Origin: Balanoglossus misakiensis
Taxonomy: Eukaryota; Animalia; Hemichordata
Length of the DNA stretch: 64,000 nt
Reading direction: 5' to 3'
Assembly: GCA_040954595.2 (NCBI GenBank)
Contig: CM082592.2
Span: forward strand, 2,346,438 to 2,410,437
A program made the translations under genes and the position numbers. Every line of letters starts with the position of its first letter. Position 1 is the stretch's first letter. The notes under the pieces are model-generated. The model did no database searches. It was not told the DNA's origin and was given only the letters and a program-made list of their open reading frames with translations. Positions 41,601-54,482 of this stretch are shown one piece after another.

Positions 41601-44600
41601 TTAAATGTAACAATTTTCGTTTAGCGCGCGTTCCAATCATCATGCCATGCGTCACGTACGTGTAATATCGATCAACATGGCGGCAAAACAGTCAACGAAA
41701 GCGGCAGAAAAAAAGACACTCGTGCTTTTCTGTAAGGTTTGTGAAAAATATGGCTTTCACGCGTGGTTCTCGTGATCTTCAAAAATCGGCCATCAAACGG
41801 CATATGCAAGGCACTGATCATAGAGAAGCGACGTCATTTGTCTGTAACCGTAAAATCACGTCAAAAGCTGTTTGGTCTGTTTAGAATTCTTGTTGGTTAC
41901 AATGTGTGCCATTTGAAGTGTTTTGCGTTGTTTTGCAACAGTCTGCTAATGGATGTGATATGAATACATTGTACGCATTTAAATCACCTTCGTACGCATT
42001 TTTATTGACCTCTTGCGTATGGCATACGCTTGGGGAAAAAAACTACCGGAAACTCTGAGAACAATGTGTGAAAACGCGAAAATTAATACTCGCGTAACAG
42101 TGGCCTCTCTCGATATCGCGGAAATTTTGACTCGCGAAAAAAAAGTGTTTTACAGTAGCTATAAAAAAAAGCATAACCATGGTAAATATAGAGAAAAATT
42201 CGAATTAGTGGCATCTTAAATTAGCGAATTTACACCTACTTACAGGTAGCTAAATTAGCTAAAATAATAAACTAAAAGGACATGTTTAATTTCAGTAGAT
42301 TTCATACATTAATTAAGACAGTTACCTTGGTCCTGGCTTCACATCTTTCTCTACAGGACACCAGGCCAATATTTCACAGGTTTTCGCTCCATATTCTGTG
42401 TTCATGATACACTTCCCAGTCATGACCCCTGAATTAAAATGAAATAGCTCTGTTTCAAGATGCATGCATTCAATTTAAAGATGTGCATTAAGTACTTGTT
42501 AAGTTATCTATAGACCAGAAGTCCAACCATTATGTTCACCGAATGCTTCATGTAATGGTACTTTAGTGGCATCAGTGAACATCTGGTTGGGACATGGATT
42601 TTAGCTGGGAGGACTTTTAGCAAAGTTAGTATGGTCCCCTGCCCCATTCCCACCGCTGGCTGCGCTACGCTAAAAGAGAGGGGTCAGGTACGGGCCAATG
42701 TCTTGGCCTAAAACCTGGCCAGCATATATGAACCAAAGACCATGTGATCATAAACAAGATGGATGCCTCCAATGTCCGTACGCAAATGAGAGAAATGTTT
42801 ACAATAGCCTGTGCCTGACCCTTTCCTTTAGCAGCCAACAGTGGGAATGGGGCAGGGGACCAGACTATTAGCAAAGTATGTTCTGCAAATGTTACACAGA
42901 TGTTTCAGTTTATTTTCTCACTCAGGAGACAATATGAGCAGGAAGAGGGTTGTTGCTTTTCAAAATAACTCCTTTAAAAATTGTGACCACTCCCTTCTTC
43001 TTCGCTAAGGCACGTATACCTGAGTGTGAAGAACCGTAATATTTTGCCGAGTTGACAATGACAATCACTACTTAAAGCCTCTAGAGCTGCCACTTTTTGC
43101 ATTATTTTCATGATTTTACTTTCCAACTTAAATTGGTTCTTAGAAATAAGCTTACTGATAGGCATACATAAACACCTTATCGATGTTCTATTGTGACTGC
43201 ATGTTGTAATTTGAAAACGCTATGTATTAAACAGGTGCCACACTGATTTAATCAGCCTCCATACAAACAGTACGCAGCTATCGTGGTATGTATCGCCAAG
43301 AGATGACAAACTGATGCAATTAATGGTGAGGATTTTAGAGGATAAGGAATATATTTGAAGTTTTTTATTGTGGAAACAAATGTGAAATTTGGCAGCTATA
43401 TTTAATTTATTTGTAGATTTTGCAGTCTTTTCCACAAGAGTCACTCTCTTGTTTCCAATCATGTTCAAATCTGTAATCTAATTAAAGGCTGAATTTTAAC
43501 CAGTGTTATGATGGCCAGAGATATTTGTTTAGAGTGTTGACAGCCTCCTGATCCATAATTATTACATTTTAGATCAAATTACCAAATTCACATTTTTTTA
43601 CAGAAAACACAATAATTACTCACTGTATTATTTGTTCAGCCACCTTTTCTTTTACACCAGGGGTTTGATTTTAAATTAATTTTGTAAAATACTCTGTACC
43701 GTTTTACATGGGATTGAAAAACGAAATGTTTCCAAGAAACAAAATGACCAAGTCAGATAGAATTCCATGTACTTCGTAGTTTGCTTTAAACAAGGTAGAA
43801 AATTGGCAAGTTTCAAAAGAGATCTTCCACATTTCTAACTTACCATTTCCATTCACTATGGGTTCGCCTTCTTCACAGTCACTATCAACAGTACAGTTTG
43901 CACCAAACATACCAGGGTCCTGCAAAAAGTGAAAGTTATACATTGTATGATACCTTGTCTGCAATTGACTATAAGTTTAATCCAGCAATGGATGAGAATG
44001 TTTGTCATCTGAATTCTGCACCAAGTTACCATGAATGATTATGAAAAGTAGACACTCAGTACTCCGGTAGATGCATAAGACTTCAGCGGTAAGTTCTCAA
44101 CATGACAGGGAAAGCTCCTCCTGGAGAGAATCATTTGCATATTGACACGTGTGGATTTATTGCAGTGGATCATGGGTTCGAGCCGCGCTTTGTCCTTGAG
44201 CAAGGCACTTTACTTCTCATTGCGTCTCCCCACCCAGGAGTGATGTGTACCTGGTAGGACAGAGATTGTAATGTGTGTGTTTAGCTCTGCTGCGCTTATG
44301 GCTGTACATCAACTTTCCATGGTAGCTTTGGCTAAAGTTGCATTCAAGTTGGTGAACGTATACCGTTAAAGAATGTATTTATTGATTTGAAGGTACATTT
44401 GTATCTATCTGTTATTGATAAAACTTCCAATCCTACCTCAGCACACGTTCCTTGTGTTTGGTCCACCGTGATGATCATGTTGGTCATAACAAAAAACGAA
44501 TTTTGCATCTTCAAGACAAAATTAAGAAGTTGTTAGTGTGCAACCCAAAATTCATCCAATGATTTTCTGATGAAGTAAGAATCATAGATCTTCTATAACT

Positions 44601-47600
44601 GTGGATGTACAGTATATACCCCACCACCAAAGTGTTACTGTATTTTGTGATTCTATCATTTTCTCCATTCTACAAAAACTATGAAAGGCTCTGAAAATCC
44701 AAGCCAAAAACACTCATCATGTCACGTTGTTCTTACGCCCATCTGCAGCCAGGCTTTTCAATTATCTGTACATGTTATTGTTATAAAATTACATACATGT
44801 AGACATCAGTGTGCCCTCCAACAAACATAATTTTTAAAATCTTTTAGTCAATTTGGGGGTTTCTAAAAATTTCTCTGAATCAGCCCTATACATTTGCATG
44901 TAGAGTGGAACATTTTCTTGAGTCACCAGTGAGTTTGTTGAGTCAGTGGCGCGTCATATGGCCTATAGAGGGCACACTGGCAGACATGTTTCTGAGGAGA
45001 AGAAAGACATCCGTCCACAATCTACATACCTGGGGAGGTATAACATAATCAGCCACGTCCCATAGTCTATCATAAGGTGTTGTATCATCTACAGTTATGT
45101 TGTCAGGATCTACAGCTGACAGGTTGGTGTAGGACACTCCTTTCACTTTAGTGGTCACAGTGCTAATAACACTGTCAAATTCTTGGTAACCTTTGGACCA
45201 TACGATCACATACCTAAATGAGAACATGAACAGGTTAAAATTTAAGTCTAAGAATGTCCAGTGAAACCTACACATTATTTAAGTGATACAAAATGTAAGC
45301 CTCTCTGTACATGTACTTCCAACAAAGATGGCTTGCATCTCATTATAAAAGCCCCATTAGTTGTAACTAACTTTTGGAAAATTATCACGAAATTTACGAA
45401 CATTAGGCCATACAGATGTATGCACTGTGTCTGCAGTATATACAAGTAACCCTAAGTATGGGTCTATATATGCAAGTTTTAACCAGACAAATAATGCAGC
45501 TTTACCACAAAGGAATAGTCTTGCCACCATGGGAAATACAAAATACAATGAAAACATTATTTTTCCCACTTAGAAGTTTATAAACTATTAGCATGATCTC
45601 ATCCACTGGAACACATGAAAGTAAATGTACATGTACTTCAACTGAGACAATGGGACATAACATTTTCATTTTTTATTGCAGTAATTTTCAACTACATGAT
45701 ATGTATACTGATATTTCTGTTATTTTTTCACCGTTTTGTCATAAATAAGCGTTTTCTTGATATACAACTTGAAGGCAATAATTAAAATCATATCTGAGAT
45801 TATTTAAAGCTTACAAATCTTTATCAAGTTGCAACTCATTAGGCTATAAAGCTGAACCACAGTCCTTCCATGGCCAAGTAAAGATGACACGAACTAAGAC
45901 CTTTTAATCAGGATCCATGGAGTCAGTTACCAGACAATGATACACCTTCCACTGTCTGCTTTATTTCCTACATGATCATTATAAACATGAAACAAGTTTG
46001 AGCAATGACACCCTGAAAGAACTGAATCATATTTTTTGGTGTCGTCCACACAGAATTTGCGGTGCTTTCCAAACAAGTCAACTTTAGAAAATTATGGCAC
46101 AATAGCTGAAATTGATACATTTTCAGTGAAAGATCAACATGGTATTTGACAGAAACGACTTGTCCAATAGCTTTACAACGATTATTTGTATGACCAGGCC
46201 TGCCACTGTGCCAGTGTTCTCATCAAAAGTCATAATAGACACAAGTAATTAGCAAATAAAAAGAGCTGAAAGCACTGTCTGACATTTTAATTAAAAACAC
46301 ACAGAGAACAAGTATATCATGTGCAAATTAAAATAATAGCTAATGACTGGTCCTTTAAGGAAATGATACAATGTGCAAAGAATTCATTAAAGAATGCTTT
46401 GTCAGATTTGGTGAAGGAAAACTGACAATTTTCACTCTGACAATTTTCCATTGGAATGTCAATTTTGCACCAAGGCTTTCATGAAGACATGATGATGATT
46501 CAGTGTGTGCAGAAGTTGATTTTATGTTTTGTTCAGAACACGATGGATTATTTTTGGAGTAGCAACTAGCATTATTCTTGTACTGCAAAGAGCAACTCTG
46601 CTTCTACATGTTTTGACATAACTGATGCAAAGTGTTAGCTATGTTAGGTGAGCAAACAAGTTAACACTAGTTGCATGTTTATGCTTGCTTTGGGATAGTC
46701 AGAAAAACATGAAACTGGAAAAATTATGATTGATAGTGATACTGTCATCAGTGTATGAAATAAAGCCTGTCCGACAGTCCGAGACTGGTTGTTTTTCTGT
46801 AGGACTGGTAAAAATAAAATGTTACCAGTCCAGCGGAGAGGTTGAATTTAGCGTGGGAGTTGACCAGTGGTATCATGGTATCTCTTAGACTTTCCTCGGT
46901 TCATGTATTGCAAAATTAAAGAAAGAATGGTGTAAAAGCTTGAAAATTATCAAATCAAAGTAATGTAAAGAGAAAGATGATTCCATCCCATCTTCAATTG
47001 TTCACAGATAAGGTAATAGCTTCTCAGTTGTATTTGATTACATTTAATTGTAATGCATAATATCAGGACTGGTAAGTTTTTGGCAGGACTGGCAACTTTT
47101 TGAAGTTGCCAGTCCTGGTGACTGGTTGATAATTTCTACGAATTTCGAACACTGCTGTCATAAAGAAGTTAGACTAGAAAAGACATTGCTTCCAAATTAT
47201 ATTTGTTCTCGTCTGATCTGAGCTCCTTCATTGCTGTTGTCTTCATGGTGGTCCAGGTAACTATTTATTCTCACTGAAAATGTTTCTCTATTGTCTTTGA
47301 TAAACACATTCAATGAGAGAAATAAAAGATACCTGAAACCCTATCACCCCCAGTTCCCTCTTTAGAGGTCCAACTTTACAGTTACCATAGAACACAATGG
47401 ATTTTGGCCAACCCATAGTGGTCAAAGGGTTGAGCTCCAAAGATTCCAACAAGTGGTTGGACTGCTCAAAACATCAAATGAGAAAATGACTAGAGTCTAG
47501 AAATAGAACTAGTCATCAGAGACTGGCGACAATGTTTACCAAGCTGTTGTCAAGACAACCCTTCAAAGGGCATCTACAACTGAGTAACTGGCAAGTCGAT

Positions 47601-49322
47601 GTGCAGGCTAGCTTGTTAGCTTTCTGTCATATTCACATTATAAACCTAGCATGTCATGATCATTTTTACTGGTGAAAAGAAACAACAACCAGAATTTTCA
47701 ACATTTATTACAATTTCAATTACTGCTTACTTTTTCCTCAGTAACCAGATGTACACGTACCAAATACAAAAGTTGTCTCTGTTCGACTTTAAATCAAGTG
47801 TTCTACACCATGTCCCAGTTGGCGTTCAAACTGTTTTCAGATACAAGTTTGGTGGTAAATTTTTATAGTATATTACAATATTACTCTACATACAGTGTAT
47901 ACAAATGATTATTGAAGGTGTACAAAATAGCAGTCTTATTTTTAATACACCAACTCTGTAATAACAACAGGTAACTGTGCCCACAATCAGTTACAGAGAA
48001 ATTAGACTAAAATTGAATAGGTTAGTGCAGCATGTGTTATTGGCCCCATAAGCCTGGTACAGGAGAGTCAACAACTCTGTAGCAGAAATTTGCCTGAAAC
48101 ATATGGTGTGAAATTTTCCTGCATAATACAAGAAGTATTAACAATAATTAAAATGTATATTGACAACAGGGATCTTTGAAAGGAACCACCTCATTCAAAA
48201 TGATTTAAATAGATCTGTTAAAATTACATGTTTTAGTCTTGTCACATTGTTGATAAATAAAATCACTATAATTTTCATTACCATTGACAGGGACAAGTTG
48301 CTCTCTTTTGATTTTATTTTAGTCATTTTTTTGGTACGAAACCAGATTTTGAAACCCACAGAAATTTGTGCCTGTCAGCTATTTTAAATCAAAACACAAC
48401 ATGTGACAGTACATGTACATTGTTCACATCATTAATCATGTTCATAAAGGCATATTTGACAGAACCAATGTTCTTTATTCTTAAAGCAAAACCACTTTTT
48501 TATGACTTTGTCAAGACTTATTATTAAAATACGCCTAATATAATTCATTTAAGCCTTTGGACAAGAAACGCGCTATCAAGAACTTTCGTGTGAGTTTCAC
48601 AACAGATTAAGGTGTTCACTGTTTCAACTGATGTTCAATTAGCATGAAGAATGAAATGAGGCATACAATTAAATGATAGCGAGGGCAATATCACGATCTG
48701 ACACCTGCATGAGGGATGGTGCTCTCTGACCATAATATTGATGATGCCCGAGCCCTGACATGCATACTATTTAGGTATAGCACTAAGGGATTTGATTAAA
48801 AAACTAAAATTGTTGAACATATATTTACCAAAAACAAGCCTAGTATACATGTATCTCACACACAAAATGAAAATTTAACATCTTGCCCTACAGTTTTAAC
48901 ATCAAGTTCATAATTGCAGTATGAGAAATTGTATTAATTGCTAGCTCTTATTTTCAACAGCTTGTATTGTTAGTCACCATGATATCACTGTATCATGATA
49001 CGATTGTCAAATGTGGACCTTATTCACACCAACACAGGATTATACACATCTGTCGTTGATGACGTGTTGTGTAGCTGAGTAGCACAAGCCACAACAGCCA
49101 CTGAAGTCTGAACTGTGGACTGAGCGACTCCCATTTTCGGTTTATGAAAATTTAACACACAAACTGCAGCATGTGTTATACTCACCCAACTATATATGCT
49201 ATTATTGCTAGCTGAATCACTCTGTTGATGACACCAACTTTCTTGCTTTTTATGTGCACAATTTTAGGTGTATCGTATTCAAGCGCTGCATCGATGATAA
49301 AATTACACCATCGTGGAGCCAT
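29625..49322 (-). CDS. P2X purinoceptor (ATP-gated cation channel, P2X4-like), isoform using the proximal first exon
   Basis: Exons 49322-49186 (EYDTPK, TM1), 45213-45030 (KGYQ..STVTTKVKG..RLWDVADYVIPPQ), 44508-44437 (FFVMTNMI), 43919-43844, 42428-42326 (TGKC..TCEILAWCPVE), 39763-39686 (NFTVLIKNSISFPKF), 39375-39228 (FCPIFRLG, GC donor), 38523-38393 (WQCNLD..GFNFR), 38195-38036 (RTLTKAYGI..GKFSVIP, TM2), 37100-36987 (CD..YYREHKY). Tail exons 34970-34911 and 29684-29625 are predicted from splice signals and phase only. Confidence 0.93.
30248..30328. repeat. (TGTGG/TGTGT/TGTGC)n pentanucleotide microsatellite
   Basis: Visible imperfect 5-mer array. Confidence 0.85.
33935..34077. repeat. 143-bp fold-back (long inverted repeat)
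   Basis: Perfect 51-bp arms at 33935-33985 and 34027-34077, plus an inner catatacgcac/gtgcgtatatg stem. Confidence 0.92.
35525..35908 (-). mobile_element. Decayed Polinton/Maverick protein-primed DNA polymerase B fragment (exonuclease region)
   Basis: Hand translation: VIAQRVCSNC..C..GENQKIFYG (frameshift) EEFCCWFFSEENEKSIALTHNPKGYNAYFILEYLLNNGVKPETIWSGGKVMYI*VKENETRIINSLNFMPMALKKLPKAFSL. This fits the Polinton pPolB consensus FCxWLF..AHNxxGYDxYFIL..IDSLNFLPMxLxxLPKAFGL. Confidence 0.85.
35947..36125 (+). mobile_element. Decayed THAP zinc-finger fragment (transposon-derived)
   Basis: QAVTLTQVDWDGPNHSVVCSDHFPDNSF, then a stop and a frameshift, then KLKGNTVP. This fits the C-terminal half of THAP (W..CSxHF..F..LK..AVP). 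Confidence 0.65.
39985..40330. mobile_element. MITE family A copy
   Basis: caaagtctctctctcgctgccc ... gagagagactttgtccatttaa. Internal sequence matches the 9435-9786 family. Confidence 0.8.
41247..42157. mobile_element. ~910-bp TA-flanked TIR element (family D), apparently nested in a related element spanning ~41172-42246
   Basis: tactgtaaaacactttattttcgcgag ... ctcgcgaaaaaaaagtgttttacagta. CpG-rich interior. No transposase ORF seen. Confidence 0.75.
42627..42867. mobile_element. TAG...CTA TIR element with a 10-bp TSD (AcademH-like, non-autonomous)
   Basis: TIRs tagtatggtcccctgccccattccca / tgggaatggggcaggggaccagacta. TSD ttagcaaagt at 42617-42626 and 42868-42877. Confidence 0.85.
44150..44305 (+). 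mobile_element. tRNA-derived CORE-type SINE fragment
   Basis: B-box ggttcgagcc (~44176) followed by the CORE-like tgtccttgagcaaggcactttac...cccacccaggag. Confidence 0.6.
46749..47154. mobile_element. CAGTG...CACTG TIR element with a 7-bp TSD
   Basis: cagtgtatgaaat ... atttcgaacactg, flanked by ctgtcat on both sides. Repeated ggactgg/ccagtcc subterminal motifs. Confidence 0.7.
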
Positions 49323-49856
49323 TCTGGCGACTGCTGCTACCAACTACCGGGGTCAAAGTTCGTCCACACGTGACAAGGTGTGTGTACCTATGTCATTGTA
49401 TGTGTGGACTTACGTAAACACTGAAACAGAAACAGTGCTGTCTCTATTTCACTGTCTAACCAAAGATTTTGTACAATCCTGTATTTCACCCTTAATCATG
49501 TGGGGTTGTCACAGAGTTCATTGCTTTTAATATGCTTTTCTTTTTGCCAAGATCTCACGACTTTTTTTACCGTCACAATCACGAACATGCATGTGACTGG
49601 TGAATGACCTCTGTATAAGGTCATGCTGGGGTGACCGACGGTCAAAGAAGGTTCGGTGCCGAAGTGTCAGTCAAGTTGACATTTGCTAGAATATTGAATT
49701 AGAAATGATAGGTTTTCATACCTTTCCACTTCCATGTTATCGTGCAAAGCGACCGAGGCTTGGGGTTTAGGTGTAAATTATAACATGGAAGTACTACCTA
49801 TATGATATGATTATAAATCACACACTGGCGAAAAATAAATCAAATATTCTACTCAC

Positions 49857-49990
49857 CCTATTATGTAAGTAAGGATACACAGCTGAAACAGTCTGTTGAT
49901 GAGACCAACTTTCTTGCTTTTGATATGAACATACTTCGGTGTGTCGTACTCCAAAGTAGCGTCCAATATCATATGATACCACCGTGCCAT
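49857..49990 (-). CDS. Second (distal) P2X first coding exon: N-terminus plus TM1
   Basis: ATG at 49990. Encodes MARWYHMILDATLEYDTPKYVHIKSKKVGLINRLFQLCILTYIIG and ends GG|gtgagt in phase 2, matching exon 2 at 45213. Confidence 0.9.
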
Positions 49991-50327
49991 TTTCCTGACC
50001 TGAGCTCAGCTGAGTGCATGAACCAAGGCCCCCGTTCGTCTGATTCTCGTGACCGCTTGTAGCGAGATATGACGTGATCTGAGATTAGTGCGATATTTTG
50101 CCGTGGTCTCTTTGATCAGTTAAGTTGAAAGTGTTGTCATTATTGACACAGAAATTTTGAGTGCCCCCCCGGAACAATTAATTACACATCAAAACATCAC
50201 TTTCTGTTATATTAGTTTTATTTTATTTCATCGTCATTTTACTGTTAAAAGATTGCGCCATCACTTCCGCGTTCCGCGGCGCTAGTGCGTTCGCTCGCAT
50301 ATTTTGCAAGTCCAGCTGTAGCCGTTC

Positions 50328-50401
50328 TAGCTCTGGACTTATGCGCTGTTTGGGTCTACGCTGAGCAGCGTAGACCCAAACAGCGCATAAGTCCAGAGCT
50401 A
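50328..50401. mobile_element. 74-bp perfect hairpin insertion with a 9-bp TSD (TAG...CTA termini)
   Basis: Perfect 36-bp arms at 50328-50363 and 50366-50401 with a 2-nt loop. TSD tagccgttc at 50319-50327 and 50402-50410. Confidence 0.9.
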
Positions 50402-51234
50402 TAGCCGTTCGTGAGTGTAGTTCTCTTTCATACCAAAAAAAAAAAACACGAAATATTTTATTGTGTGTTCGTTTAGGCCTATGCTAAGTTATCCAGCGTT
50501 CATACACCTAGAGCAATTCAAAATTCCAGGAGATTTCCAGTAATTTTCCAGGAGTTTTTGTGGTAAAAATGCCATTTTCCAGGGTCCAATAAATTTGCCA
50601 GATTTTTGCTCATGTTGTCTTTGTTGAATTGATTGCGGAAGTGGTCAGTTACCCATGAAATGACGGCCATACGCATATATGTAAATTTAGACCGCCAACA
50701 CTTACTGTTCTTGAAAAATTTTGCGACTATTTCTTTTTGCATTTTTCTGGCTCTCGCAAAAAAAATTATTGTTTGCAAAAATTTCCTGGTTTACACTATT
50801 TACTAATTCTGCTGTTTTAGTAACCATGGTGTTGCTTACTGAGATACACACTGAATTTTTTGGATGTTAAAGCGCAAATCACTACCTGTGGATGTTCAGA
50901 ATATGAATGACTTGATGTTCAACAGATGTCATTGAAGTTTGACCTTCAAAAGATGAGAGTACAGGTCTATATGCAGAGTATTACAGAACTTTTGTGTTCG
51001 GTTTTTATGTTTCCTCAGATTTCATTTCAAAAGATTATCCATACAGCTGAAGTGAATGCCATTAAGAAAGTAAATAATATTTCATTTTTTTTTTGCAGAT
51101 GAGGAAAGGAAGAAGAGAAAAGTGAGGCAATGCAGGTAGATGAAAAGAAAGATGTTGGATCCAAGATGGATGCAAGAAAAGTCATTGTAGACAGTCAAGA
51201 GTCAGCCAAGTTGATCTTACTGAAAGTAAGTTGG

Positions 51235-51409
51235 CTTTTGTCATCTGACTTGGGCAACTCTCCAACACCTCAGGCTGGGTAATTTAACAGTAATGTTGTT
51301 CTTATCATAAGTTTTGTGGTAAAAGCTGATCTTTTGTCATCTGACTTGGGCAACACCTCAGGCTGGGTAATTTAACAGTAATGTTGTTCTTATCATACGT
51401 TTTGTGGTA
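51235..51409. repeat. ~80-bp local direct duplication in an intron
   Basis: cttttgtcatctgacttgggcaac...ttttgtggta occurs twice, starting at 51235 and 51331. Confidence 0.85.
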
Positions 51410-51731
51410 GTTGTAGCCAGAAACCTCTCTTTACCATGACTTTTTTCCAATGCTAAAGGAACTTCAGACTCTAAACCAACCACTTCTACAAACGGAACAG
51501 TTTTCTGTGCTGTTTCGCTACCTGCTTTTAATGCGAGTTGTTGAGAGGTTTCACAATATCATCGCTAATGAGTGTGTGATTTCTTCTCCTTTGATTATAT
51601 TTCCAGCTATTTAGTATTGGTGAGCACAAAGTGAGTGCATCAACAGAAAGACAATATCTGAGAGGAATACAGTTGGTATGTAATATTTTATCTGAAAACA
51701 ATTACACTTCCCAGAAGAAATATGATATGTT

Positions 51732-51927
51732 TTAAAGGTATATTGTCACCTATGGAAAATTAGCTATAGTTACCATGGCAAATTGAGATCTAGCCAATCA
51801 CAGACTTTCACAGTGGGTGGCACAAGCGAAATAAAGAGCTCCACCATATGTTCTTTAGAACGCTACAAATACTCCATTTCAGCCATATATGGGCGTATGT
51901 AAATTGGAGGTGACTGTATACCTTTAA
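51732..51927. mobile_element. MITE family B copy
   Basis: ttaaaggtatattgtcacct ... aggtgactgtatacctttaa. Confidence 0.85.
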
Positions 51928-53647
51928 GGCAACTTTATCATTTCTTGAGAAAATTATGAACTATACTTTGTAAAGGCCGACAGATTTCTCCGTGACCGGC
52001 CAGGTTTCCTAATAAATGATATTGATTTTTTGTCATCATTTCTCGCACAGACACTGTCCAGGGAGATCTCCAGGCTGAAATCATTTGATTCATCAGAGAA
52101 CTCTGGCGACCACATCATTCTGGCAATGCAAGAAATCCCAATATCAAGTGACGAGAGTCAGTTTATTGCAGTCTACACAGAAAACATCATTTGTCATGTC
52201 CATTGTTCAGTTTGCTTCACCGAAGACAGGTAATTGTTTGCATTGCATGTCACTTTTATAGTTACATTATACTTACCTTCAAATATAGTTTTGTACATTC
52301 ACGAATTTGAATTCAGTTTGAGTTTCTCAAGTCAGTAAGCATTAAATGTAACTCCATATATAGTATTGGAAAAAGTTGAAGTTCAATTTGAGTTTCCTGT
52401 GCAAGTTTTGTAAATTTTCAGCTTCCAAAAATTATTCCTCAAATTATGAGACATTTACAGGGGAATATATATAAGTTGACATGCTTACTAAAATATCCTC
52501 ATAGATTTGTGACTTTGTACAGAATAGATATTTATGAGACTAAGACTTTGGTGGTACATGTATTATTGTCTATATTTCTGAGTCAAATTAGTGTGTGTTA
52601 AGTTACTTTGCAATTTTAATTTGCTTCTTTATATCACAATTTGAATTTTTTTCTTTATATCATTTAGAAATATCTTGAAAAGAAGAAAGATATGATGAGA
52701 TTTGTCCAGCTGGTGTCTGCAATTTTGAGTTCATCAAAGTCTGAAAACAGTGTGTTTACAAAACTTCTCAACCAGTATGAAAAAGTCAACAGACAACAGG
52801 GTGAGCTGTTTATTTTGTTTACTTCAAGCATTCAAAAACCATACACAAACTGTTACTTGAGCATTTTCACTAAATCACACAGGATAGATAGAAATTTACT
52901 TCGCAGAATGAATTTATTCCTTGATATCAAATGAAGTCAGACGCAGTCAAACACAGATACATTGGCATTCGATTTTCCACATGACGGGCAACTTCAGCAA
53001 TGTGGTGCAGACAACAATTGTACAGACAAAACGCCACGAGGCTGATGAGGCACCATGCTTGATACATGTTATGTGTCTGGCGGTTTTAACGAATAAAAAT
53101 ACTCAGAAAAACTTTTACTAGATGCCGAAATATTGCTTGCGCGTCACCTGGAAATGACAATGCCATGGGTCACATGGCCAGATCACATGATTGATAGTAA
53201 AGAATTCTTAACTGGATTCGTACACTACTGGAACTTCCTGGAATTTCCTTGAATTTGAAACCCCCCTTTGAACGCCATTAACCATTTTTGGTATCATGTC
53301 CAAATGTCCTCCCTTTATGTAGGGATGTATATCTAAATTCCAGTCTTACATCTTCCTTCCAGCAAAGTCCCTGAGCAGCGAGAAAAGTCCCCTCAAAGCC
53401 AGTGGAGGCAACTTGGATGAAGTGAGTGAAATCATTGAAGCCGTCTCAGAGGGACGGATGGCAGTAGACAAAAAGGTAAAGTCTGCATTTTTAACACGCC
53501 TGAACCCTTTCACTGCCATGGTTCAGTCCAAACCCATTGTTTTCTATGGTATGGTTGGAGGGAAATGGGGGTGAAAGGGCTGAGCTATTGGATAGTCTCA
53601 CCAAACAAACAGAAACATGAGAAGTGGAATAAGAAGGAACGGACCCA

Positions 53648-53839
53648 TTAAAGGTATATGGTCACCTGTGCAAATTTAGCTGCAGCTACCATGGCAAATT
53701 GAGATCTAACCAATCACAGATTTTCAGGGGTGGCACACGCTAAAAAAAGAGCGCCACCATTTGTTCTTTAGAACACTCAGATACGCCATTTTTGCCATTT
53801 ATGGACATGTGTTTATTGGAAGTGACCGTGTACCTTCAA
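53648..53839. mobile_element. MITE family B copy
   Basis: ttaaaggtatatggtcacct ... agtgaccgtgtaccttcaa. Confidence 0.8.
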
Positions 53840-54302
53840 TTATATAGGTCCACAATTTTGGTATTGTAATTCATCCAAAAATCTTATGATGACATCATCT
53901 TGTTAATGATACATTTGATGATTGGTGAATTGCGTTTGACTTTCTACCATTTTGCACAATTGGCAGTGTATCACCAGCTGACAGGCACCAATTCCAGCCA
54001 ACTAGAAGAGTTTCTGAATAAAGCCTTATCTGTTGCTATGCAAGTGCCAACAAAATCATCCAGCACCAGTGAAGCATTGAGTGAGTTGCTGTTACAAGAG
54101 CAGTCGAGATTGATTGACAAGTAAGTACAAGTTTATCTCAAGACGCATCTGTCTGGTAGCTTTGAGTTTGGGGTTTTATGTTCCTGGGATCACCTTGTCC
54201 ATATTTTGTTTTAATAAAGAACAAAATGGGTAGTTTTGTACTTGCAGGACATCTTATCATAATCAAAAAATGCATATTTATAACCGTATGCCTGCTTTGA
54301 TA

Positions 54303-54482
54303 TTAAAAGGGACAAAGTCTCTCTCTCGCTGCCCTTTTTCCATTATTTATGTTTGATACAAGTACATGTGTGTATGTATAGTGAATAAACGTTCAACCAC
54401 ACACAACTTCCATCCTGTTTGTAGGATATGAGAGTAAAAATCTCACCACAATGACTAAACAGTAGAGACTTTGTCCCTTTAA
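54303..54482. mobile_element. MITE family A, internally deleted copy
   Basis: aagggacaaagtctctctctcgctgccc ... agagactttgtccctttaa. Confidence 0.8.

Noticed and set aside
44150-44200. tRNA gene
   Set aside because: Only a B-box is visible, followed by a SINE core, with no cloverleaf.
45300-49100. Second P2X paralog body that would explain the extra first exon
   Set aside because: I found no additional P2X-like exons in this intron or elsewhere in the window by eye.
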